DNA of 64,000 nt from Octopus vulgaris. Its lineage: Eukaryota. The translations under genes and the position numbers were made by a program. Where the stretch lies: contig OX597836.1 in NCBI GenBank assembly GCA_951406725.2, positions 17,422,001 to 17,486,000 of the forward strand. The letters run 5' to 3'. The notes under the pieces were generated by a model that was not told where the DNA came from, made no database searches, and saw nothing but the letters and a program-made list of their open reading frames with translations. Each line of letters opens with the position of its first letter. The first letter of the stretch is position 1. Shown in pieces: positions 1 through 14,179 of the stretch.

Positions 1-18
1 ATATCAATGTATGTGTGA

Positions 19-54
<36 letters not shown>

Positions 55-1069
55 GTCTATGTGCGTATGTGTATGTAGATACACACACATAAATATAAAC
101 ATATATATATGTATATATACATATATACAAATATATGTGTAAAAGTGAATAGATGCGTGTGCGTAGTGTGTGTATATACATATGTATATACATATGTATA
201 TACATATGTATATATATATACATATGTATGTACATATGTATATATATATATATGTATATATACGTATATATGTATATATAAGTATATATACGTATATATG
301 TATATATATGTATATGTATATATGTGCAGATGCCTATATGTATACGTATACATAAATTTATGTTCTGCTCTTTTAAACATATACGAGCATACACCCACTC
401 ATGCATATATACATGTTTATTTATAACTTAGACATATACACACAACACAAGATGATTATGCAGCACTAAAGAGTGAGGTCGAAAATTGTATCTTTACTCA
501 CATTACTTGTATGTCACTCTATACACTTGCATTTATACATCCAACCATGTATTTTCCCCACACATACACGCTCACACTTATACGCTTGCACACTCACAAT
601 GTTACTTTTTAGTAAAAGCTTGACTCAGAAATGCATTACTTGATGCTTCGACATGAAAAATAAGCACGCAAGTGATCGATCGTTCGGACACTTAATTCTG
701 AGTGATGAGACGATCATAGCTTCTAAATAATGGTTATTGACATTGGATTGTCACCGAGGTCCATTTTATTGGCTAGTTTGGTGACAACTGCTGCTTGAAT
801 GGGAGGCAATTAAGGCACATTGGACAATGGTATTCTCGCTCGCTTTATAGAGAAATTAAAATTGCAATATTATCCATTGAGTGGTATTGTGTAACCAAGA
901 CTGCTTGACCACGTTTGCAATACCAAATCTCGATTCGAAAGCATTAACAAAATAATGTACATAAGAAAATATACAAGTATATCGGAAGGACTGTCGGGCG
1001 ATTAAAAAATAAGCATACACACATACGCACATACCTACACCAACGCACATACAGACACATACATATACA

Positions 1070-1123
<54 letters not shown>

Positions 1124-1129
<6 letters not shown>

Positions 1130-1278
1130 GAAATGAAGAAAATGCTGACAAAATGATTTAAGTAAGGGAGAGTGTATTTAATTAGGTGAAAGTTCTTTTT
1201 ACCGTTGCGCATTTGTTATGCTTATCAAAAGATATTTTTTAAAGAGAGATAGAGTTCCTTTCTAATAGATTTTCTTTT

Positions 1279-1282
<4 letters not shown>
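1124..1282. mobile_element. Penelope-like repeat fragment (same family as 9276-9475)
   Basis: Shares AAGGAAATGAAGAAAATGCTGAC and ATTTAATTAGGTGAAAGTTCTTTT...ATGCTTATCAAAA with the 9276-9475 element. Flanked by (TA)n on both sides. Confidence 0.45.
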
Positions 1283-1324
<42 letters not shown>

Positions 1325-1828
1325 CACACACACACACACATGCACGTACAGGCACTACGCGCGTGCACACACACACATCCACATCTCAAAAGTAAATAGT
1401 CACCCCTCATTATTCTGTTTTATCTGTGCAGACACTGCCTGGTGCTTCAAACTTATTTTTCCTTTAATTGCTTGGAGCAGCCATCCTTGCCATGAACAGC
1501 ATAAGCGAGAGAGTTTTTACGGGTTTTCAAAGAGGGCGTATTGAGAATCAATATGAAGGTGGACTTAGCATAGGTTGGCAGAAAAACAATGGGATTCCTC
1601 TTGTCACAGTCAACAGAGTCGAAAATTCACCAGCAAAGGAAATGAATAAACAGCACCCTTGTTGAGGTAGATCTGGGCCCTTTGCCAGATGCCTTCAGGT
1701 CGCCATGAGTATCGTTGAAAGAGCAAGTTGAGCTACGTTGAGCAAAACTCATTGTATAGCTCTTACACCAAGAGCTTCAGCTGGCCAAGAAACATATCTA
1801 GCTCCTGCAAATTGGATTTTTATTTACA

Positions 1829-2202
<374 letters not shown>

Positions 2203-2517
2203 TCTACTCACATTGTGCCTTTCCCCTCACCTCAGCACAACGTCCTGTGCCGCTACCCCATCCTTATTCTTCGAATTCCCCTTCACCGTCCTGACTTCAT
2301 TTATAACTAGATCCCATCCCTTACTGCGACAAAATCCGCCCCTCTCTTTTCTCCTCGTTCTATCTACCTATCACAGCAGCTCTCCTCCTCCTCCGTCACC
2401 TCCATTCTCTACTTCATTCATTGTCCCTTCCTCTAGTTTACCATAGCCTCAACCATCCTTGATAAATAAACATCTACCTAACAACATACTAAACGGTACC
2501 TTCTTTCAAATATTGAA

Positions 2518-2736
2518 GGCGGCGAGCTGGCAGAAACGTTAGCACGCCGGGTGACATGCTTAGCGGTATTTCGTCTGCGTTACGTTGTGAGTTCAAATTC
2601 CGCCGAGGTCGACTTTGCCTTTCATCCTTTCGGGGTCGATAAATTAAGTACTGGGATCGATGTAATCGACTTAATACCTATGTCTGTCCTTGTTTGTTCC
2701 CTCTGTGTGTAGCCCTTGGTGGGTAATAACGAAATA
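2518..2736 (+). mobile_element. SINE family B (tRNA-like head GGCGGCGAGCTGGCAGAAACGTTAGCACG)
   Basis: A-box/B-box-like motifs (TGGCAGAAACGTTAG, GAGTTCAAATTCC), central GCCTTTCATCCTTTCGGGGTCGATAAATTAAGTAC, and a 16-bp TSD GGTACCTTCTTTCAAA at 2495-2510 and 2737-2752. Probably one of the described octopus SINE families (OK/OR); assignment not verified. Confidence 0.9.
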
Positions 2737-3136
2737 GGTACCTTCTTTCAAAATACTAACTCAGTCCACCCATTCCTCTCCCTTCTCCGGCTCCGCATTT
2801 CTACTTCTATTCAATCCTCTGATTACTCACCCCTCTCTCACCTTCTCCCTCTCCTTCTCCCCGCCTTGTATTCGTATAGTTTCTTGCTCTTCCTCTGCAT
2901 CTTCAACCACCCCATCAGGCCGCCTGCATCCTCCTTCTCCCTGCCTTTTACTCTCCTTCCTCTTCTCCCATTCAACCTTTAAACTTTTAGCAGTATGACG
3001 TGAACTGCTATTTATCAATCATTTCCTCCTGACGAAGGAAGCCTCTTTATGAGTCCATCAACTGGTTGTATATCCATGACGTTTTGCACATTATATCTGC
3101 TAATTGCGAACATTACAACTCTTATGCAATTTCGGT

Positions 3137-3520
3137 GGAGGCGCAATGGCCCAGTGGTTAGGGCAGCGGACTCGCGGTCGTAGGATCGCGGTTTCGATTC
3201 CCAGACCGGGCATTATGAGTGTTTATTGAGCGAAAACACCTAAAGCTCCACGAGGCTCCTGCAGGGGATGGTGGTGAACCCTGCTGTACTCTTTCACCAC
3301 AACTTTCGCTCGCTCTTTCTTCCTGTTTCTGTTGTACCTGTATTTCAAAGAGCCAGCCCTGTCACACTCTGTGTCACGCTGAATCTCCTCGAGAACTACG
3401 TTAAGGGTACACGTGTCTGTGGAGTGCTCAGCCACTTGCACGTTAATTCCACGAGCAAGCTGTTCCGTTGATCGTATCAGCTGGGACTCTCATCGTCGTA
3501 CACCGACGGAGTGCTCCTAT
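3137..3520 (+). mobile_element. SINE family A (tRNA-derived head GGAGGCGCAATGGCCCAGTGGTTAGGGCAGCGGACTCGCGG), full length
   Basis: A box TGGCCCAGTGG and B box GTTTCGATTCC. TSD TATGCAATTTCG at 3123-3134 and 3523-3534. Near-identical copies at 49662, 60274 and 63641. Confidence 0.92.
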
Positions 3521-4079
3521 CCTATGCAATTTCGAGCTCAAAAAGCAGCTGTCGAATTAATTAAAATCTATGCATTCTTTCTTCAATATTCTCTATTTTA
3601 AATATTCCATGCAAATTTGTTCGTCAATATATATAAGTCTTTATATGCTTGTACATAAGTGTCTATCTTCCGAATATTTTCAGTTTTGTATATTCCCATA
3701 TATTGCTATATATATATACGTATGTATGTATATTTGCATATATCAAGCTAAAAATTGTTTATCAGCATTTTTCTCTCTCTCCCTTTCTCTCTCTGTCTCT
3801 TTCTCTGTCTCTTTCTCTCTCTCTCTGTACACACTCACGTGCACATACACGTATCTTCCAAATCCACTTACAAGGCTTTGGTCGGCCCGGGGCTATAGTA
3901 GAAGATACTTGCCCAAGTGTGTGTATATGTGTGGGCATGCATATACATACACAGTTATATGTATATATTTGTTTATTTGTTTGTATAGTTATATACTTAT
4001 AGACATATACATATATATATGTATATATATATATGTATATATGTATGTATATATATATGTATATATATATATGTATATA

Positions 4080-4210
<131 letters not shown>

Positions 4211-4399
4211 TGCGAACGCGTGTTACATATATGTACCGGTATGGTTGATGTAATCCATTGATATGGACGGGGAAGATGAGATTATTAGATTAACAGAATA
4301 CCAGATTAATCAGATTAAAGTCATTGGTAAAATCCTTTTGAATTGCAAATACTGTTCAAACGAATTCCGTCATCTCAATTTGTAATGAGGCAGAAACGA

Positions 4400-4814
<415 letters not shown>

Positions 4815-5247
4815 GTACTCTATTGTTGAATTCATAGCAATGCTGTTCGTACGCGACCAACACTGATGACGGCAGTACCTGGAGCGCCTTCATAAGGAAA
4901 GAAACTTTATCATCGAAGTCATCTTCCTCAGCAGCAGCAGCAGCAGCAGCAGCAGCTCCACCATCACCACCATCACCACCATCACGACGACGACGACGAC
5001 CACCACCACCACCACCACCACCTCCACTACCACCACAGTCCCCACTATCATGATGATGATGATGATGTTGATGATAACTGCTATTGCGTGTGTTGCAGTC
5101 AATATAACAACAGAAATATGAGCAGCAACGCGAGGGAATTGGAAACCAGATGCGAGTATATGTGTGCGTACATATATACACACATACATGTGTGTGTGTT
5201 TCTATATATGTGTGTGTGTGTCTATATATATACGTGTATATATATCT

Positions 5248-5472
5248 GCGAGTTGGCAGAAACGTTAGCACGCCGGGCGAAATGCTTAGCAGTATTTCGT
5301 CTGCCGCTACGTTCTGAGTTCAAATTCCGCCGAGGTCGACTTTGCCTGTCATCCTTTCGGGGTCGATAAATCAAGTACCATTTTCGCACTGGGGCCGATT
5401 TAATCAGCTTAATTCGTTTGTCTGTCCTTGTTTGTCCCCTCTGTGTGTAGCCCCTTGTGGGCAATAAAGAAA
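5248..5472 (+). mobile_element. SINE family B copy
   Basis: Colinear with 2518-2736 from head to the AATAAAGAAA tail. Confidence 0.9.
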
Positions 5473-6479
5473 CATATATATATATACGTGTATGTGTGCG
5501 TGTGTAGGTGCATGCGCACGAAACTATACTCATGTTCTCAGAAATTTTCGAACATTTTAAACGACAATATATCTGCACTAAAATATGAAACAAAATTATA
5601 TTCCATACATCAGCAAAGGAACTGAAGTCATCTCCTCATATAGAGACAATACGAAATATGTTCTGTTATGCATAAATCATCATATAACCTCAACGTGATT
5701 TATAAGCGCTATATAGATAAGATCGAGGGAAAGTTTAAACGAGAGGAAGCTCACATACAATACAGAGACTGAAATAGAAGATATTATCGTGAAAATTGTC
5801 GGAAAATGTAGGCGCTTCGAGAAATACCAATTACGTGATTACGACATGTATTCACTACGTGACCAAATGCAACTATAAATAATCCCTCAAATGTTTTCAG
5901 TATATTGAATTTCTGTCATTTTGAATCAGGAAATTATAGTATGCATACACACACAACGTAAATTCTTGATTTAGTAAAATTATCTTCTGTTTCTAGAGGA
6001 TATATAATAGTTACATCATATCGGTTATGACCAGCTCCGCTTGATAAGGGGAGATAATCACAAGAATTAAAAATTAAAAATTAAAAATTCTCCAAGAGTA
6101 GCCGATCTGGAGATAAAAAAAAATATGCCGTGGATGTGTTTAGGCACAATAATCACCAACGACATGACATTTGTCTGGAACACAAATACACACAAATATG
6201 TGTGTGTGTGTTTTTATGTATATGCATAAATACAGATAAATACACATAACTATATGTATATAAATACATATACAAACATACACACACACACACACATATA
6301 TATGACTTTTATTCCTCTAAATTTTACCTTAGTTCATCTAATTAAAATATATTTGTTATATTTCATAAAAACGCCTTTAGTTTTTTGATATCGAATGTGC
6401 ATCTTCGCTTTTTTTCTTCTTAGTTTCCCAATATCTTTTCCACGTGTTGTTTCTATTTTCTTTTTGAAACATTTTATTA

Positions 6480-6621
<142 letters not shown>

Positions 6622-6742
6622 TATACATATTCTTTTATTTGTTTTAGTCATTTGACTGCACCATGTTGGAGCACTGCCTATATATATATATATATGCCCC
6701 ACTTGGCCACAGTCTGAGACAAGTAAAAGGTATAAGATAAAA

Positions 6743-6814
<72 letters not shown>

Positions 6815-7368
6815 CGCACACATTAGTATGCATCCATGTGTAGGAATGTATATGCACGTATTTCTTTTTCGCAGCTTCTCACTTCCTGGTTTTTAACTGC
6901 TTAATTTACACACTCTACAACCCTGTCTACAAACCAAAAACCAAATAAGTTATATAAAAAAGTAATTAGTAAAAGAAAAAAACATCCAAGTCTACCTTGA
7001 TTCCTTATTGGTATGTAATACACATGCATGCATATATATGTATATATATATGCATGTATTATGTATGTATGTATGTATGTATAAATATATGTGTATGTGT
7101 GTGTGTGTGTGTGTGCGCGTATACACATGCATATATGTAATGTATGTATATAGGTGTATATAGTGATAAAACGATATAAAAGGTATTAGTGATCGTCAAT
7201 ATATGAATACTGATTGCGGAGGAATTTTTTTAGTGATCGCTAATCGCCACAACATAAACGATTTAGTGTCGGCGCATTACGATGCATCAACAGCAACGAA
7301 TTTTCTGTTAAGAAGACGCGCACTTACACGCACATATTTGTATGAATGTCTGCACGTATATACGCGCC

Positions 7369-7633
<265 letters not shown>

Positions 7634-8008
7634 CACACCCAGATAGATAATTCATGCCTGAGAATAAGCAATGAAAAAAAAATAGTAGAAAACTGGTATC
7701 AGAAAAGGTATGAAAGAATGACAGAATGATAGAATGAAGGATTGATGGAATGAAAGGTAAAAAAAACGGAAAAGAAGTGGAATAAGGGGGGGGGGAAGAG
7801 ATGTGGTAGATACAGGGAAGGCGTTGTGGAAGACAGGTGGGCAGAGCTAAGATAGTGGTAAAAATCTTGAGGAAGTATATCTGATGAAAAAAACCCGTTT
7901 TAAAAATAAGACAATATCAATGCAAGACTGTGGTACGTATTAAAATATCACTATGGAATTGTCTGATAGCAGCGGAGATTACAGGCTGGTGATGGTGGTG
8001 GTAGTGGT

Positions 8009-8243
8009 GGAGGCGAGCTGGCAGAAACGTTAGCACGCCGGGCGAAATGCGTAGCCGTAGCCGTATTTCGTCTGTCGTTAGGTTCTGAGTTCAAATTCCG
8101 CCAAGGCCGACTTGGCCTTTCATCCTTTCGGGGTCGATAAATTAAGTACCAGTCGCGCACTGGGGTCGATGTAATATCACTTAAACCGTTTGTCCTTGTT
8201 TGTCCTCTCTGTGTTTAGCCCCTTGTAGGTAGTAAAGAAATAG
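8009..8243 (+). mobile_element. SINE family B copy
   Basis: Colinear with 2518-2736. Flanking direct repeat GGTAGTGGTGGAGGCG at 8000-8015 and 8243-8258. Confidence 0.9.
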
Positions 8244-8267
8244 GTAGTGGTGGAGGCGGTGCTGCTG

Positions 8268-8310
<43 letters not shown>

Positions 8311-8400
8311 CGCCGCCGCCGCTGCTATTGTGTATACCTATATCTATCTATCTATCTATCCATCCATCCATCCATCCATCCATCCATCTATCTATCTGTT

Positions 8401-8473
<73 letters not shown>

Positions 8474-8529
8474 CCCCTCTCTCTTAATATAAATATATAC
8501 ACGTACACATACGTGTATATATTTATAGT

Positions 8530-8730
8530 TAATCCAAACATGAAAACACAAAGAGAAAACACAACAAAGCGAGGACGTGGAACATGTATAGTGTTATTGG
8601 ACGCTCAGGAAAGGAAAGAAAGAAGGAAGATTTGACGTTTCGAGCGGAGCACTTCGTCAGAAACATAGGAAAAGGAAAGATCCAAGGAAGGGAAGACGGA
8701 GGAAAAAAATCGCCAACGATACACACGCGG

Positions 8731-8733
<3 letters not shown>
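8530..8733 (-). mobile_element. Penelope-like pseudo-LTR fragment with minimal hammerhead
   Basis: Homologous to 47305-47505 in the opposite orientation. Contains the HHR motif at 8630-8664. Confidence 0.6.
8630..8664 (-). ncRNA. Ultra-minimal type I hammerhead ribozyme motif
   Basis: Minus strand reads GTTT-CTGACGA-A-GTGC TCC GCTC-GAAAC-GTC-AAAT. It has a CUGANGA core, GAAA, a GUC triplet, a weak stem I and a zero-loop palindromic ACGT stem III. Confidence 0.55.
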
Positions 8734-8793
<60 letters not shown>

Positions 8794-8803
8794 TATATGT
8801 ACG

Positions 8804-8942
8804 TTATTAATAAAGCAGTAAAGACATCACAAAAACTGTTGCTCAGAGTTTCACGGACAGTTTTGCTTTAAAACCTCCGACGAACAGGAGCGTTAAACTC
8901 TGAGTAACAGTTTTTGTGACGTCTTCGCGGCTTTATTAATAA
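8804..8942. repeat. Long inverted repeat (palindromic Penelope-like remnant)
   Basis: TTATTAATAAAGC..AAGACATCACAAAAACTGTTGCTCAGAGTTT pairs with AAACTCTGAGTAACAGTTTTTGTGACGTCTT..GCTTTATTAATAA. Confidence 0.8.
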
Positions 8943-9019
8943 AGTATATTATATTACCTCCGAAATTCGAGTACTATTTTTTCCACCTTGTTTCGCATTT
9001 AAGTGCTTACTCTGGTACA

Positions 9020-9255
9020 TGACTGCGGCCACGCTGGGGCACTGCCTTGAATAGTTTTAGACCGAACAAATCGACCATAGGACTTTATAGGTTTTTAAAG
9101 CCTAGTACTTCACACATATATATATATATATACATATGTACACGACGGTCCTCTTTCAGTTTCCGTGGTTATTGTAGAAGAAACTTTCCAAGGTTCTACG
9201 CAGTGGAATGATATGGTTGGGAAGCAAGTTTTTCACCGCACGGCCACGCCTAAGT
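9020..9255 (-). mobile_element. SINE family C, degraded
   Basis: Contains GACTGCGGCCACGCTGGGGCAC (tail) and CTTTCAGTTTCCG / GGTTGGGAAGCAAG (body and head) of family C. Confidence 0.6.
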
Positions 9256-9275
9256 ATCTCTCTGTGTGTGTGTGT

Positions 9276-9429
9276 GAAGAAAATGTGACAAATATTGATA
9301 ATTTAAGTAATTTAATTAGGTGAAAGTTCTTTTGGTTGGATATGCTTATCAAAATATTTTGATATAACAAATATATTTCACCTAATTAAATTACTTAAAT
9401 TACTTCAATTATTCGTCAGCATTTTCTTC
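9276..9429. repeat. Inverted repeat in Penelope-like remnant
   Basis: AATTTAAGTAATTTAATTAGGTGAAA pairs with TTTCACCTAATTAAATTACTTAAATT; outer GAAGAAAATG pairs with CATTTTCTTC. Confidence 0.8.
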
Positions 9430-9474
9430 ATTTCCTTTTTATATATCACCACTCGTGTTCGACATCTCCTTTTT

Positions 9475-9513
<39 letters not shown>

Positions 9514-9608
9514 CATTCTACACGTGTTTCTGCTGTGATTTTTGCTACCAAGGTATCGGTTAAACTTTTGATTAATCTGCAACAAGATTATTCATCTTTC
9601 TATTTCAC

Positions 9609-9650
<42 letters not shown>

Positions 9651-9696
9651 TGTGCCTGCATATTTTTATCTGTATGCACGTGCATATATGCAAACA

Positions 9697-9776
<80 letters not shown>

Positions 9777-10288
9777 CATCTATCTATCTATCCCAATTAT
9801 ACGTAGGCGTAGTATACAAATGATATAGACCTACTTACATGTATATATAACTAAAGTTCACTACTAACTTATAGTGCGTACACAACCCACGCATAGACAC
9901 ATACCGCCACACAAACAACCACACAAACCTCCTACACGCATACATACAAGGAAAATACACAAACACACACATAGACATACATATGTATATACATGAAACA
10001 TTACTCATACAACAGAAAAATACAATTCAAACACGTATAATTTTAGTTTAACATCAAATAGTGTTGTTAACTAAATATACACTTGTTTACATTAGCAAGT
10101 ATACACACAAATATATACACACCGCTGTAGTCGCAGCATATTCACAACTGACAAGACTTTAAATATATTCAAGTTTTAACAAAATAAGCAGAGACACACA
10201 AACGCGTGCACACATACACACATATATACATATAAGGGCGAGCGCAAACACATATAAACACGTCCATACATATACACATACAAACATG

Positions 10289-10321
<33 letters not shown>

Positions 10322-10424
10322 ATGCACAAAACAAACAACACAATAAAAAAACTAAAGACGCAGACGACATCACATAACAAACACTCTACTTGTTTCTGAA
10401 CAGGAATCCTACCAATTCAAATAC

Positions 10425-10442
10425 CATTATTTACATTATTAC

Positions 10443-10530
<88 letters not shown>

Positions 10531-10654
10531 GTTATTATTACTATTATTATTATTATTATTATTGTTATTATTGATGATGATGATGATGATGATGATGACG
10601 ATAACATCAACCGGATAAAGCACAACAACAATAATGATAATGATTTTTTAGATG

Positions 10655-10685
<31 letters not shown>

Positions 10686-10810
10686 TGATGATGATGATAA
10701 TAATGATAATAACAATAATGATAATAATAATGATAATAATAATAATGATAATAATAATGAAAATAATAATAATGATAATAATAATGAAAATAATAATAAT
10801 GATGATGATG

Positions 10811-10841
<31 letters not shown>

Positions 10842-10939
10842 TGATGATGATAATAATGATAATAACAATAATGATAATAATAATGATAATTATAATAATG
10901 ATAATAATAATGAAAATAATGATAATGATGATGATGATG

Positions 10940-10973
<34 letters not shown>

Positions 10974-11170
10974 GAAGAAGAAGAAGAAGAAGAAGGAGGA
11001 GGAGGAGGAGGAGGAGGAGAAGAAGGAGAATTAGTCTGATGATAGAGGAAGAAAAAGAAAATTGATAGAAAATAAAAAGAATAGAGAAAAATAAGAGACA
11101 GGTGGTAGAGGAGGAGGAGGAGGAGAAGAAGAAGAAGAAGAAGAAGAAGAAGAAGAAGAAGAAGAAGAAA
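10425..11170. repeat. Compound (ATT)n-(GAT/AAT)n-(GAA/GAG)n microsatellite
   Basis: Read directly from the sequence. Confidence 0.9.
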
Positions 11171-11289
11171 AACAAAAATATAATGGTTAAAAAGAACAAT
11201 TGCTACAAATGCAAAAGCGACAACAGCAACAACAAGGATAATAGCAACAGTAGCAGCAGCAGCAGAAGCTGCAGCAGTGTCAACATAGC

Positions 11290-11640
11290 GACAAAATGGC
11301 GGACTAAGCAATCACAGTGAGAAGTAAAGCTAAAAGGAAGACGGTTTCATTGTCAGTGACTTCCGTTTAAAATGTCAAAAGAAAGACTTCGTCATGGCGA
11401 TTATTCTGTTTTGTTAAGTTTATAGATCGATGTCAAATTGATAAATAAAGAGAATATTTCTGATTGATAAAAAGAAAATCAAACACGAACAAAACAAAAT
11501 GGAAGCAAAATCAAAAAGTCAAGTCTTTTCGAAAATTCACGTGATAAACACTCTCACCTAAGATGGCGGCAATGTCTTCGTCTCCGAAGATTATGAGAAA
11601 AAGCAGTTCGCTCAGAATTCGTTATGGAAACCCATCTTGA
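11290..11640. promoter_or_regulatory. Candidate promoter/5' exon island (YY1, ETS and E-box motifs)
   Basis: CAAAATGGCGG (about 11292), GACTTCCG (11358), TCACGTGA (11537), AAGATGGCGGC (11560), and a minus-strand donor TTAG|GTGAGA at 11558/11557. Confidence 0.3.
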
Positions 11641-11889
11641 TGCTTTGTGGGTTTTTTTTTTCCTGCTTGCGCTTAGTGCTTTTAAATGGAGCGTCAGTTC
11701 GCGTCAGCCGATCCTACTCCTTAGACTTGGGGGGTCAGACGACAGCCGCTGAGCGGGTGGGCTTACACGGATGCAGCCCCCCAGTAGGCCTACGAAAGGG
11801 GTTACGACGCGGCGGGACTGAACCCTCAAACGACTTGTTTTTCTTTGTGAACTTCTTAGCCACACAACCGCGTCAGAACTACAAATGAA

Positions 11890-12710
11890 TGAAGGAATGA
11901 AGGAAGGAAGGAAGGAAAGAAGGAAGGAAGGGTGGAGGGGAGGGAGGGAGGGAGGGAGGGAGGGAGGAAGGAAGGAAGGAAGGAAGGAAGGAAGGAGGGA
12001 AGGAAGGAAGGAAGGAAGGAAGGAAGGAAGGAAGGAAGGAAGGAGGGAGGAAGGGAGGAAGGGAAGGAAGGAAGGAAGGAAGGAAGGAGGGAAGGAGAGA
12101 GGAGGAAGGAAGGAAGGAAGGAAAGAAGGAAGGAAGGAAGGAAGGAAGGAAGGAAGGAAGGAAGGAAGGAAGGAAGGAAGGAAGGCAGGAAGGAAGGAAG
12201 GAAGGAAGGAAGGAAGGAAGGAAGGAAGGAAGGAAGGAAGGAAGGGAGGGTGGAGGGAGGGAGGGATGGAGGGAGGGAGGAAGGAAGGAAGGAAGGAGGG
12301 AAGGAAGGAAGGAAGGAGGGGAGGAAGGAGGGAGGGAGGGAGGGAGGAAGGAAGGAAGAAAGGAGGGAAGGACGGAAGGAAGGAGGAAGGAAGGAAGCCA
12401 GGAAGGAAGGAAGGAAGGAAGGAAGGAAGGAAGGAAGGGAGGGTGGAGGGAGGGAGGGAGGGAGGGAGGGAGAAAGGAAGGAAGGAAGGAAAGAAGGAAG
12501 GAGGGAAAGAAGGAAGGAAGGAAGGAGGGAGGAAGGAAGGAAGGAAGGAAGGAGGGAGGAAGGAAGGAAGGAAGGAAGGAAAGAAGGAAGGATTGGAGGA
12601 AGGAAGGAAGGAAAGAAGGAAGGAGGGAAGGAAGGAAGGACGGAAGGAAAGAAGGAAGGAAGGAGGGAAGGAGGGGAGGAAGGAAGGAAGGAAGGATGGG
12701 AGGAAGGAAT
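11890..12710 (+). repeat. (GGAA)n/(GGAG)n polypurine tract, about 820 bp
   Basis: Read directly from the sequence; it produces the EGRK/PSFL pseudo-ORFs. Confidence 0.95.
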
Positions 12711-13391
12711 GACCTTCTGAGGGACTCCATTCAATGACTTGATATCTAGTTTGACTCCCCTAGTCTTTTCCATTTCCCAAGGCCCTCACACGGCAGCGAG
12801 GGCTTCTGCTTAGGTTTGTCTCCCCTTAACATGCTGATTAGCCCATTGCTGAGGCCCTGTTAGATGCTACTACTATTCAGGATCAGAGTAGACCTGGGAA
12901 GGGATTTCTCGCTTTTCAAAACTCTGGGGTCTTCCGAACCAGAGACTCACTACTGGATACAAGTTTAAAGTTATACCCAGGGTATACCCTCATCTATACT
13001 CTTTAACAAATTCATCTTTACTCCTTCCTCCCTTCCTTCCTTCCTTCCTTCCTTCCTTCCTTCCTTCCTTCCTTCCTTCCTTCCTTCCTTCCTTCCTTCC
13101 TTCATTCATTTATTCAATCATTCATTTGTAGTTCTGACGCGGTTGTGTGGTTAAGAAGTTCACTTGGAAAACAAGTGGTTTGAGGGTTCGGTCCCGACGC
13201 GTCGTTCCCCTTTGGTAAGGTAAGTGATTTCTGCTAGAGTCTGGGGGGCGGGTAGCTTATGATGTACAAGTATTAAAAAACACACCATACATTCCAATGG
13301 TGTTGCATAAAGAGAATAAATTTGAATTTTGCAATAAAAACAGCTCTGCAATAAAGGCATTGATACACACACACACATATATATGTGTGTG

Positions 13392-13451
<60 letters not shown>

Positions 13452-13453
<2 letters not shown>

Positions 13454-13845
13454 TAAGCAATAAAGTGTTGCCTTACCACAGACCGAATTTAGAAATAGCA
13501 GTCAAAGAGTTATAGCTATTTCTTCTACTAAAAGGGAGATCTCAGTAAAAAACACAGCAATTGGAAGGCAGACACAAACAGGTACGAGAGAATGAATTGA
13601 CGGCAATCTATCATACAATTTTAAGTTATCTACGGACGCACGTTTCAAAATCAAGTTTTTAGGAAAGCATGATAATTAAATATTAAATAATTCTACGTTA
13701 CCCAAACTTCTTTTCTCTTCAGCGTAGAATAGTATAATCATAAGTGATTATATATTGAATTTTGAGATACTAGAAGGCACAACTCAACTCAGTATCAGAG
13801 CGAGCTAGAATCCAACTAGTATCACCAAACCCAAAGTGTGAATGA

Positions 13846-13850
<5 letters not shown>
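13452..13850 (-). mobile_element. Penelope-like pseudo-LTR fragment
   Basis: Start TTGCCTTACCACAGACCGAATTTAGAAATAGCAG is homologous to 23778-23813 and, reversed, to 34893-34940. Carries an HHR and sits between (TA)n runs. Confidence 0.6.
13629..13728 (-). ncRNA. Type I hammerhead ribozyme motif
   Basis: Minus strand reads TCTACG-CTGAAGA-[GAAAAGAAGTTT...AAACTTGATTTT]-GAAAC-GTGC-GTC-CGTAGA. Stem I is 6 bp and the triplet is GUC. Confidence 0.7.
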
Positions 13851-13876
<26 letters not shown>

Positions 13877-13929
13877 CTTCCTGACATATATATATATATA
13901 TATGTATATGTATGCGTGTATGTTTGTGT

Positions 13930-14132
13930 GTGTGTGTTTGTCCCCCTAGCATTGCTTGACAACTAATGCTAGTGTGCTTATGTCCCCGTCACTTAGCGGT
14001 TCGGCAAAAGAGACCGACAGAATAAGTACTGGGCTTACAAAGAATAAGTCCCGGGGTCGAGTTGCTCGACTAAAGGCGGTGCTCCAGCATGGCCGCAGTC
14101 AAATGACTGAAACAAGTAAAAGAGTAAAAGAG
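13930..14132 (+). mobile_element. SINE family C, 3' half
   Basis: TTTGTCCCCC..GCTTGACAAC..GGCGGTGCTCCAGCATGGCCGCAGTCAAATGACTGAAACAAG(TAAAAGAG)n. Confidence 0.85.
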
Positions 14133-14179
14133 TATATATACATATATATATATAAATATATATATATATAAATATTATA

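Noticed and set aside
3137-3212. tRNA gene-like sequence (also at 60276 and 49970)
   Set aside because: It is a SINE head: it continues into a 380-bp repeated body with TSDs and lacks a proper acceptor stem.
11856-12773. 262-305 aa PSFL/EGRK ORFs
   Set aside because: The (GGAA)n repeat is open in several frames on both strands.
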